Below, piece after piece: positions 46,943 to 55,489 of a stretch of DNA of 64,000 nucleotides. Each line of letters begins with the position of its first letter. Positions within the stretch are counted from its first letter, which is position 1. Under the pieces are notes generated by a model. That model saw only the letters and a program-made list of their open reading frames with translations. It did not search any database and was not told where the DNA came from. Position numbers and translations under genes: made by a program. This DNA comes from Candidatus Heimdallarchaeota archaeon (GTDB taxonomy: Archaea > Asgardarchaeota > Heimdallarchaeia > Heimdallarchaeales > Heimdallarchaeaceae): contig JAAFKI010000124.1 of the NCBI GenBank assembly GCA_021399345.1, positions 29,521 through 93,520 on the forward strand, in the 5' to 3' direction.

Positions 46943-47422
46943 CTACTTTCTTCGTCTAACCTTTAGCTGTGCCGGAGGATTGACAAACAAACCTATTATC
47001 AATATTATCGTCATTCCGAATATTTCTTTGAATGTTACACTATCAACTACTCCAGGGGGAAGTATGCTTCGTATGGCCCCTATTGCTTCAAATCCAAAGA
47101 ATATAATAAAAATCTGTATGAAAAGATATAATCCTATACTAATTAAGGAACCACGAATGAGATAACGATATAATTTCCTTTCTTTAGTATCTCTAACTCT
47201 GTTCATAAGGGATTCTGTAATCAGTAAAGATACAGCACTTAACCCAATTGCACCAAATATAGGAAATGCAATTAACAATGGAAGATATTCCCAGTTATTA
47301 AATTCAACAATATCATGTAAATAATAGAAGTGTGGTATTTGAGCTAAAAATGACATCGCAAAAATTGCAATTACACTTGGCCACATCGACTGTTTGTCTA
47401 AAAGTCTAATTTTTGAACTCAT
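46943..47422 (-). CDS. Small membrane protein (4 predicted TM helices); unknown
   Basis: Helices WPSVIAIFAMSFLAQI, LPLLIAFPIFGAIGLSAVSLLI, SLISIGLYLFIQIFIIFFGF and GMTIILIIGLFV. I prefer the ATG start. Confidence 0.55.
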   Translation of the reverse strand: MSSKIRLLDKQSMWPSVIAIFAMSFLAQIPHFYYLHDIVEFNNWEYLPLLIAFPIFGAIGLSAVSLLITESLMNRVRDTKERKLYRYLIRGSLISIGLYLFIQIFIIFFGFEAIGAIRSILPPGVVDSVTFKEIFGMTIILIIGLFVNPPAQLKVRRRK

Positions 47423-47523
47423 AATAATCTTCCTTAGCACAAAGCTCTTTTTGAAACCTACAAAAATGTTAAGTTATAACTTTTTTGATGAATAATCAAA
47501 AAATTTCTAGAATTTTAAAGTTG

Positions 47524-49095
47524 TTAATGCTCTGTTTCATCAAAGGTATAACCTTTCTCTATTCGAAATTCACAGAAATTATGCCCAGTTCCATGGCACT
47601 TTGTTTCAGTAACAATTGGTGGATCTTTAAGTACCAAAGCAAGGCGTCCTGCAAGGTAACCTGCTTGAAAATCACACAGCACTTCATTGAGATTGGTTTC
47701 GGAGAGATTTGCTCCTGAAGCATATGCACATTCATGAATTCTTACAAACATCTCATCTTCATCTTCACCATCGAAAACTTCAACGAAAGAATGTTGTCTA
47801 GATAGATAATTTGTAGGATGTGTTAGATATTTCTGCATAATATGAGTTGCTTGTTTTAAGGATTCGATAGGTAATTCAGCATCCTCGGAAGCTAATAAAT
47901 CATAAATTAATCTCTTACCCGGACCAATAACACCTAGTTCTCTACCTGCGGAATACAATAGAGCACCACAGAATTTATCTCGAAACTTAAGTGACATTAT
48001 TTGTTGTTGTAAAGAACTGATATGAACGTAATCTATATCATTTGGTCGAAGTGCTTCCTTCATCAGAAGAGAATTATAACCATTTTGAGTTGTTTCATGA
48101 ATAAACTCATAGAATAGTTGCCTCCTATGCTCTTCAGCTGGTAAATCACCAAGAAACTGAACTTGTTTTGCCTGGGAACTAACGTCCAAAACTTTGTAAG
48201 GTGCCTTACCTATTTCTTTGCCAAGATATACCTCAATATCAAATTCGCAGTAATCATCGCCAAGACCTTTACACTTTGTTTCAATGACACCAGTCGCAGA
48301 ACCAATCATGGCTTCGATAGTTCCCGCAATCTCACCAGCAGTAAAGTGACATAATGGCTCTCCAATGTTGATAGCACCAGCACTATTTGCAAGTTCATAG
48401 ATTCTAAGGGTAGCTGTGTATCCTTCGATTTTTGCTACGTCGCAATGAGTAGCATGAAACAAAGGTATAACGTTAGTATGACTATATAGTTGTGCCAAAG
48501 CAAGAAGAGCTTCTTGAAATCTTTCTTCAGGTTTAACCGCACCTACTTTAGGGTTCAAAACAGTAAGATAATAAGGTGCTGCACCAAAAATACCTAATTC
48601 TCTCCCGCTCTGATAGAGAAGTTGAGGAATAAGGGGATCTAATTGAAGTAGAGACATCATTACTTGTTGATAAACACTGATATGAACATAATCTCCAAGA
48701 TTCTTACGAACAATTTCTTGAGAGATAATGCTACTGATAGTATTCTTTGTGAGAATCATCATACTTTCTTTTCTACGTGTATCTTTTTCTCTACTAATTA
48801 TATTGGGTAGGATTTGAGACCAAAGTTTTTCTCTAATAACATCTTCAGTGATTAAGCCTTCGGCTATACGTTCTTCATTCATCATGACAACAGGAACACT
48901 CAGAATACCATATTTGGCAGCAATTTCTTGTTCTTCGCTAATATCTATTGTGCTAACATGAAGCATTCCTTTCATAGAAGTACCTGCGATATTCTCAATG
49001 ACACGCTTAACATCAGGACAAGCGAAACAAGTAGGACTTGTAAAGAATAACAGTCTAATTCTTTCGGATTCTTGAAGAGTTTCATCTTCGGCCAT
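47524..49095 (-). CDS. Thioredoxin-fold domain fused to two tandem V4R (4-vinyl-reductase / Bet3-like fold) domains
   Basis: N-terminus LLFFTSPTCFACPDVKRV...ILSVPVVMM, a CxxC thioredoxin fold. It is followed by two homologous ~200-aa modules. Each ends with C-x25-C-x7-C-E-F: PLCHFTAGEIAGTIEAMIGSATGVIETKCKGLGDDYCEF and VLCDFQAGYLAGRLALVLKDPPIVTETKCHGTGHNFCEF. I prefer ATG 49095 over TTG 49119. Confidence 0.75.
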   Translation of the reverse strand: MAEDETLQESERIRLLFFTSPTCFACPDVKRVIENIAGTSMKGMLHVSTIDISEEQEIAAKYGILSVPVVMMNEERIAEGLITEDVIREKLWSQILPNIISREKDTRRKESMMILTKNTISSIISQEIVRKNLGDYVHISVYQQVMMSLLQLDPLIPQLLYQSGRELGIFGAAPYYLTVLNPKVGAVKPEERFQEALLALAQLYSHTNVIPLFHATHCDVAKIEGYTATLRIYELANSAGAINIGEPLCHFTAGEIAGTIEAMIGSATGVIETKCKGLGDDYCEFDIEVYLGKEIGKAPYKVLDVSSQAKQVQFLGDLPAEEHRRQLFYEFIHETTQNGYNSLLMKEALRPNDIDYVHISSLQQQIMSLKFRDKFCGALLYSAGRELGVIGPGKRLIYDLLASEDAELPIESLKQATHIMQKYLTHPTNYLSRQHSFVEVFDGEDEDEMFVRIHECAYASGANLSETNLNEVLCDFQAGYLAGRLALVLKDPPIVTETKCHGTGHNFCEFRIEKGYTFDETEH

Positions 49096-49322
49096 TAGAA
49101 TAACCCCAGTGAAAAACAATAAATCTAGAATGATAAAAACGTTTGCTTAATTTCAATGTGAAATAAAAAATTAATCAGACAATTTTTAATAAAGATGTTT
49201 AAGGGAAATGAACACGTAAATACTGATAAAAATAAAAGAAATAATTTTTTTTTCCAATAGCAACAATTATATATCAATGATAACCACATCACTTGTTCAT
49301 AAACGAATTTAATGGTGAAAAT

Positions 49323-50990
49323 ATGTACGGTCAAGGACAAGTACCAGTTATTATTCTAAAAGAAGGAACTCAAAGATCGAAAGGTCAAGATGCTCAAAGA
49401 AACAATATCATGGCAGCAACTGTTGTCGCTGATACCATAAAGAGTACACTTGGGCCTCGAGGTATGGATAAGATGATGGTTGATAGTTTAGGAGACATTT
49501 TAATCTCCAACGATGGCGCCACTCTTCTTGATGAAATTGATGTTCAACATCCTGCAGCTAAAATGATTGTTCAGGTTGCTAAGGCTCAAGACCAGGAAAC
49601 AGGTGATGGGACCACTAGTTCAGTTATTATAGCAGGAGAGCTCCTCAAAAAAGGGGGCGAACTGTTAGATAAGAAAATCCATGCTTCCTTAATTGTTGAA
49701 GGTTACAAAGCAGCTTCCATGAAAGCTCAAGAGATAATTGAGAGTCATGCTAGAACACTCAATCCAACTGAAGATGACAAACTTCTCATCCAAATTGCTG
49801 AAACCTCTTTACACAGTAAAGCAGTTCATGCAGCTAAAGAAATTATCGCTCAAATTGCTGTTGACAGTGTTAAGCATGTAGCTGATGAAACTAATGGCAG
49901 TTTCACAGTAGATCTTGATAACATAAAGATCTTACAAAAAATTGGTAAGAATCTTCGAGAAACAGAATTAATTGAGGGCGTTATAATTGATAAGGAAGTT
50001 GTTCACACTGCAATGGCCAAGAATGTAAAAAATGCCAAAGTGCTTTTACTCAACCAAAATATCGAAGTTCAGAAAGGCGAGTGGGATCGAGAGATACGTA
50101 TAAACGATCCTCTAGAAATGAAATCCTTTCTGGATAATGAAGAACAAATTCTAAAAGATATGGTTGACCAAATTGCTGAAGTTGGTGCAACTGTTGTTGT
50201 TGCTCAAAAGGGCATCGATGATATGGCTCAATACTTCATGGCTAAAAAGAATATTACGGCAGTTAGACGTGTGAAGAAAAGCGATATGGAAAAACTCGCT
50301 CGTGCTACTGGAGGTAAAATTGTTACCAACCTCAAAGATGCCAAAAAGGAAGATCTTGGAGATGCAGGGTTAGTTAAAGAAGTAAAAATTGGTGATGAAG
50401 ACCATGTTTTTGTTCAAGAATGCAAAAATCCAAAATCCGTTTCTATTATTATCTATGGTGCTACTAAGTATGTTACTGATGAAGCAGAAAGAGCTTTACA
50501 TGATGCTCTATGCGTAGTTAGAAATGTAGTTGAAGATAAAACCTACCTCCCAGGTGGAGGAGCAACCTTTACAGAGCTTTCATTGAGACTAGATGAATAT
50601 GCAGATGTGTTCAAAGACAAAAGACAATTAGCTGTTAAAGCTTTTGCAGAGGCGCTTCTTTCGATTCCAATAACCTTAGCAGAAAATGCAGGAATTGATC
50701 CATTAGATATTCTTAACGAGCTTCGTTCCGCTCATGCAGTAGAAAATATATCAGCAGGATTAAATCTATTCAAAAATGGGAAGATTGGTGATATGTTCAA
50801 AGCAGGTATTATTGAACCACATAGAGTTGTTGCTCAAGCAATAAAATCTGCAAGTGAATCTACCATTATGATTTTGAGAATTGATGACGTTATAATAGCT
50901 AGATCCTCTGGTCCAGCTATGCCTCCAGGTGGAATGCCAGGTGGAATGCCAGGTGGAATGCCAGGTGGAATGCCACCAGGTATGATGTAA
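49323..50990 (+). CDS. ths: Thermosome subunit (group II chaperonin)
   Basis: LGPRGMDKM, SNDGATLL, QDQETGDGTTS, VPGGGA-type LPGGGATF and a C-terminal GGMP repeat tail. I prefer ATG 49323 over TTG 49293. Confidence 0.92.
   Translation: MYGQGQVPVIILKEGTQRSKGQDAQRNNIMAATVVADTIKSTLGPRGMDKMMVDSLGDILISNDGATLLDEIDVQHPAAKMIVQVAKAQDQETGDGTTSSVIIAGELLKKGGELLDKKIHASLIVEGYKAASMKAQEIIESHARTLNPTEDDKLLIQIAETSLHSKAVHAAKEIIAQIAVDSVKHVADETNGSFTVDLDNIKILQKIGKNLRETELIEGVIIDKEVVHTAMAKNVKNAKVLLLNQNIEVQKGEWDREIRINDPLEMKSFLDNEEQILKDMVDQIAEVGATVVVAQKGIDDMAQYFMAKKNITAVRRVKKSDMEKLARATGGKIVTNLKDAKKEDLGDAGLVKEVKIGDEDHVFVQECKNPKSVSIIIYGATKYVTDEAERALHDALCVVRNVVEDKTYLPGGGATFTELSLRLDEYADVFKDKRQLAVKAFAEALLSIPITLAENAGIDPLDILNELRSAHAVENISAGLNLFKNGKIGDMFKAGIIEPHRVVAQAIKSASESTIMILRIDDVIIARSSGPAMPPGGMPGGMPGGMPGGMPPGMM
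50928..50975 (+). repeat. Four tandem 12-bp units (ggtggaatgcca) encoding the (GGMP)4 chaperonin tail
   Basis: Read directly from the sequence; the repeat is in frame within the thermosome CDS. Confidence 0.9.
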
Positions 50991-51066
50991 GAAAAAATTT
51001 CTTACTCTTTCTCTTTCTTTTTGTTGTTAGGCAAACTTCAAATATATTTTTCAAGTTGTTTGATTA

Positions 51067-52410
51067 ATGCTAAACCAAGCTGAAGATTTTATTGGAAATT
51101 TCAAAAAATTAGATATAATTACATGCAGTTATAGCAATTCCAATATAACTCAAGTGTCATTCATTCAGGATAAATTTGAAATATACATTACAGGTTTAAC
51201 TAATCAAATTCATATTGAACAGATCAAATATAATCCAAAAGTGATTCTTCAGTTCGGAGATAATGAAGCTAATTTGAAATATCAAGGTATAGCAAAGATT
51301 GTAAAAATTACTGAAAGCAAGGAAAGAAAACTGAAGAAATTAACTAAAGCTGACTCTGTATCACAAGAAGGAATTTTTGGTCCTGTTTTGGTAAAAATCA
51401 TACCTACAGAAATTGAAGTTAAGAAGTGGGATTTTGTCCATAGATTTTTGGAAAATAAACCAAAAACGATAAAGGAAGTGTTTCGTTCAATCGGAACTAC
51501 CATAAAAATCTGGTTGAGAGCAACTCGGTTATCTTTTGTAGCAGTTAGCGTAACAGGTGTTTTTGTAGGAACAGCTGTTGCCTTTCGTGAAACAGGATCT
51601 TTGAACTCCTGGCTAAACTTTCTTCTAGCAGCTATTGGTATTTCTTTCTTTCATATAGCAGTAGATTTACTCAATGATTTTTCAGATCATCGTTCAGGTT
51701 TAGATGAAAGTAACATTCACTTAACACCATTTTCAGGAGGTTCAAGAATGATTCAAAGTAAGCTTTTTACACCAGCAAAAGTCCTACTAGGAGCAATCTT
51801 CAGCCTAGCAGTTTGTTTATCAATTGGTCTCTACTTAAATTTCACAGTTGATGGAAATGTTATTCTCTATATAGGATTAGGTGGAGCATTCTTAGGTATT
51901 TTTTATGTAGGGGCACCCTTAAAACTTGTATATTATGGTTTAGGAGAGCTTGCCATATTTGTTAGTTTTGGACCTGCAATAGTTTTTGGTTCCTATTATT
52001 TACAAAAAGAAGTCTTTTCATGGGAACCTATTTTAGCCTCAATCTTGATTGGATTATTAATTTTCTTGATACTTTATATCAACCAGTTTCCAGATTATGA
52101 AGCAGATAAAGCAAATAAAAAATTCAATTGGGTAGTTCTTTTAGGAAAGAAGAAAGCTAGACATATTTATGCATTCTTTATGGCTCTAACATATATACTA
52201 TTAATCGTTTTTTCAATACTAAACTTCTTACCTCTTCTCAGCCTAACAGTTCTAATAACTCTTCCTCTACCGATTTTGGCTATAATTACTGCATACAAAC
52301 ACTATGATAATTACTTAGCTATGATTCCTGCATCAGCAATGACAATACTAACTACACTAACCTTTTCTATTATCCTAGGAATCTCACTATTTGTTGCTCC
52401 ATTACTCTAA
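51067..52410 (+). CDS. UbiA-superfamily prenyltransferase of MenA type with an extra ~145-aa N-terminal soluble domain
   Basis: TM core with Asp-rich motifs NDFSDHRSGLD and FPDYEADKANKKFNWVVLLGKKKA, a MenA-like pattern. The first ~145 aa contain no TM helix and look like a small beta-barrel domain. Confidence 0.7.
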   Translation: MLNQAEDFIGNFKKLDIITCSYSNSNITQVSFIQDKFEIYITGLTNQIHIEQIKYNPKVILQFGDNEANLKYQGIAKIVKITESKERKLKKLTKADSVSQEGIFGPVLVKIIPTEIEVKKWDFVHRFLENKPKTIKEVFRSIGTTIKIWLRATRLSFVAVSVTGVFVGTAVAFRETGSLNSWLNFLLAAIGISFFHIAVDLLNDFSDHRSGLDESNIHLTPFSGGSRMIQSKLFTPAKVLLGAIFSLAVCLSIGLYLNFTVDGNVILYIGLGGAFLGIFYVGAPLKLVYYGLGELAIFVSFGPAIVFGSYYLQKEVFSWEPILASILIGLLIFLILYINQFPDYEADKANKKFNWVVLLGKKKARHIYAFFMALTYILLIVFSILNFLPLLSLTVLITLPLPILAIITAYKHYDNYLAMIPASAMTILTTLTFSIILGISLFVAPLL

Positions 52411-52428
52411 AAAAGCAAAAAGATAATC

Positions 52429-53694
52429 CTAATTAGTTATTTTTCTACCTTCTTTAACGATTATTTTTCCATCTTTAAATACAGTGTCAGTGTGATTAAT
52501 TCCAAATCTATAGGGTATAGATGCAACACTAGGTATGTCTAAAATTAAAACATCTGCTTTTTTTCCAATATCTAAAGAGCCAATCTCATTTTCTCTATTT
52601 AGAGCTTTAGCTCCACCATAAGTCGCTGCTCTCAAAGCTTCTTCTGGAAGCATTTTCATCATGAAAGAGCCTAGACCAATAACTGATTGCATGTCTAAGA
52701 TGTAGCAATTTGGGTTAAAATCTGATGATAAAGCTACTTCTACTCCTGCATCTTTAAACATCTGATAATTTGCGTATTTCTTTAGCATTAACACAAAGGG
52801 AGTAGCTGGAAGTAGATTTGCGACAACTTGCGATTGAGCCAAAGCACTAGCTGATACAGCTTCTGCAAAAAGCAAATGATCTGCAGACACAGCTTCAAGT
52901 TCAGCGGCCATTAATGCAGCTCCAACATTCTCTAATTCATCTGCATGTACTCGAAGTTTAAAACCCATCTTCTTGGATTCATTTAAGAAGTGTTGAGATT
53001 CTTCAACAGAAAAAGCCCCCTTATCAGTCCAAATGTCAACATATTCTGCGAGATTTTGATGTTTTATCTGAGGTAATAACTGAATCATACTCTCTATATA
53101 TTCCAGTTGATTCCCAAGATAATCTGCAGGTTTGATATGACAGCCGAGGAAAGTAGGAACAATATCAATTGGATGCTTTTCATTAACGCTCTGAATTACT
53201 TCAAGAATCTTTATCTCACTTTTTGCATCCAAACCATATCCTGATTTAGCTTCAATTGTTGTTGTTCCATGTAAAAGCATTTCATCCAACCTTTTAAGAG
53301 CCAATGCTTCTAGTTCTAATTTTGAAGCTTCTCTTGTCTTGTTAACTGAAAACATTATTCCACCGCCACTTTGAGCTATTTCTAGATAAGATTTACCTTG
53401 TATTTTCATTCTCAGTTCATGAGATCTATCTCCTGCAAAAACCAAATGAGTATGCGAATCAACAAAACCTGGACATACAGTTTTCTTTTTTTTACAATCT
53501 ATTATCTCATAATCAAATTTCGAATAGTTGGATAAAATTGTTGAAGTTTCACCAATTGCTTCAATAAGACCATTCTTAATTACAACAGCATCAGGTATTT
53601 CGTTAGAATAGATTGGTTCATAATTTAAAACAGGTCCTAGATATAGTTCTGAAGCATTTGAAATAACAATTCCTTCTTTTTGTGAATTCTGCAT
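52429..53694 (-). CDS. hutI: Imidazolonepropionase
   Basis: CPGFVDSHTHLVFAGDRSHELRMKIQGKSYLEIAQSGGGIMFSVNKTREAS, HADE and SDFNP. I prefer ATG 53694 over TTG 53703. Confidence 0.88.
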   Translation of the reverse strand: MQNSQKEGIVISNASELYLGPVLNYEPIYSNEIPDAVVIKNGLIEAIGETSTILSNYSKFDYEIIDCKKKKTVCPGFVDSHTHLVFAGDRSHELRMKIQGKSYLEIAQSGGGIMFSVNKTREASKLELEALALKRLDEMLLHGTTTIEAKSGYGLDAKSEIKILEVIQSVNEKHPIDIVPTFLGCHIKPADYLGNQLEYIESMIQLLPQIKHQNLAEYVDIWTDKGAFSVEESQHFLNESKKMGFKLRVHADELENVGAALMAAELEAVSADHLLFAEAVSASALAQSQVVANLLPATPFVLMLKKYANYQMFKDAGVEVALSSDFNPNCYILDMQSVIGLGSFMMKMLPEEALRAATYGGAKALNRENEIGSLDIGKKADVLILDIPSVASIPYRFGINHTDTVFKDGKIIVKEGRKITN

Positions 53695-53800
53695 CAATCT
53701 CAATTTTTAAACAAAAAAGAGGTTTTTAAAGTTTGCTTAAATATTTGAAAAAAGAATAATAGAGAGGAATGAGATTTATGCCGCATTCCTATTAGTAGTT

Positions 53801-55324
53801 CTAGTCTAAACTTCCAATTTCCTTTTCAACTTCTTCAAGAATCTCGCCTGATTTGACAAGAGCTTTCATATTTGTGTGATCATCAAATAATGGTCTATCC
53901 TCATCTAGGAAATCTACATGTCTTCGAATTACTTCTTTAGCTTTAGTAACGCCTTTACCAAACTGAAATTCTCTAAAGTCTAATGCTTGAGCAGCAGCCA
54001 TTAACTCTATACCTAAAACACCATAAGCATTATCCATTATTTGGAAATTCTTAATAGCAGTATTCATACCCATAGATACGAAATCCTCTTGATCTGCAGC
54101 AGCAGGAATTGATTGAATACTTGCTGGCGCTGAGAGAATTCTCATTTCTACTATTTGCATTCCAGCTGTATATTGACTTAACATTAATCCCGACATTAAT
54201 CCTGCCCCTTTTGTTAAGAATGGAGGTAATCCCACACTCAAAGCTGGATGATTTAATCTGTTCATTCTTCTTTCAGACATTACACAAACCATTGTAATCG
54301 CTGCACCAATCATATCCATTGGTAAGCTAACAGGTGATCCTTGGAAGTTAGCACCAGTAATCTGAAGATTCTCTTCAGGAAAGAAGACTGGATTATCCCC
54401 TACTCCGTTTAGTTCTATCTCAACTTGACTACGAGCCCAGTCTATAGCGTCATGTGCAGTACCCAATACTTGGGGGGCAGAACGCATAGAATATGCATCT
54501 TGAACTTTAACCTTTAATTTTCCTTCATATAAATCTCCACCTTTGAACAGTTTAGTGAGTGATTTTGCGCATCTTACTGCTCCAGGAAAACCTCGAACTT
54601 CATGAAGTTTTGGAGTATAAGGTTTCATGTTTCCCATTAATGCTTCAATTGACATAGCGCATGCAATTTCTGCTTGTTTCATGAAACGGAGAGCATCATA
54701 CAAACAAATAGCACTCATTGCAGTAAGAAGGTTGGATCCATTAATTGCAGCTAAACCATCTCTTGCTTTCAGACCTGGAATTTCTATGCCAGCTTTGTCC
54801 ATAGCTTCTTTACCTTGAAGAAGTTCTCCTTTATAGTAAGCTCGTCCTTCTCCCATCAACAATAGAGCAATTTGTGACATTGGAGCTAGATCTCCAGAAG
54901 CACCAACAGATCCTTTTTGGCAAACTTCTGGTGTAACTCCTTTATTCAACATTTCAACAAATGTTGCAGCAATAATGGGTCTATTCCCAGAATTTCCATG
55001 GGCTAAAACATTCAATCTTCCTAGCATTGCACCACGAACATATTCTATTGGTGCAGCATCTCCGATTCCTGCAGCATGATTATATATCAAATATTTCTGA
55101 AATTGTCCAACTTGTTCATCTGTTAAAACAACTTCTGAAAACTCCCCAATCCCTGTATTTACTCCATACATAATCTCTCCAGCTTCGATTTTTTCTTCAA
55201 GCATTGCACGACATTTTTTCATTCTTGTAATTGAATCTGGGTGCAATTCGACTTTCTCGTCATGACGAGCAACGTTAACAACATCTTCAATTGTTAACCC
55301 TTTTCCAGTAATCGCATAAGTCAT
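53801..55324 (-). CDS. hutH: Histidine ammonia-lyase family (MIO enzyme), immediately upstream of hutI
   Basis: MIO triad in GSVGASGDLAPMS, plus YGVNTGIGEFS, YNHAAGIG, QDAYSMRSAPQVLG, GANFQGSP and QEDFVSMG. Confidence 0.82.
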   Translation of the reverse strand: MTYAITGKGLTIEDVVNVARHDEKVELHPDSITRMKKCRAMLEEKIEAGEIMYGVNTGIGEFSEVVLTDEQVGQFQKYLIYNHAAGIGDAAPIEYVRGAMLGRLNVLAHGNSGNRPIIAATFVEMLNKGVTPEVCQKGSVGASGDLAPMSQIALLLMGEGRAYYKGELLQGKEAMDKAGIEIPGLKARDGLAAINGSNLLTAMSAICLYDALRFMKQAEIACAMSIEALMGNMKPYTPKLHEVRGFPGAVRCAKSLTKLFKGGDLYEGKLKVKVQDAYSMRSAPQVLGTAHDAIDWARSQVEIELNGVGDNPVFFPEENLQITGANFQGSPVSLPMDMIGAAITMVCVMSERRMNRLNHPALSVGLPPFLTKGAGLMSGLMLSQYTAGMQIVEMRILSAPASIQSIPAAADQEDFVSMGMNTAIKNFQIMDNAYGVLGIELMAAAQALDFREFQFGKGVTKAKEVIRRHVDFLDEDRPLFDDHTNMKALVKSGEILEEVEKEIGSLD

Positions 55325-55489
55325 ATTCTTAATCCCTTTATTTAATTTTAAGAACTCTTAGAACACTTTGTTTAAAATATTTCCTCAATGTAACTGAAAA
55401 CAAGAAACTAAGAAAAATTATGAGGATTAAAAAAATTTGGGGAAAGCATAATGAATAAATAATACAGAATGTAGGAATATTAGATAATC

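Noticed and set aside
49125-49340. 71-aa minus-strand ORF and the TTG-extended thermosome start (49293)
   Set aside because: It lies in the A/T-rich divergent promoter between the Trx-V4R gene and the thermosome gene. The thermosome alignment begins at MYGQGQVPVIILKEG (ATG 49323).
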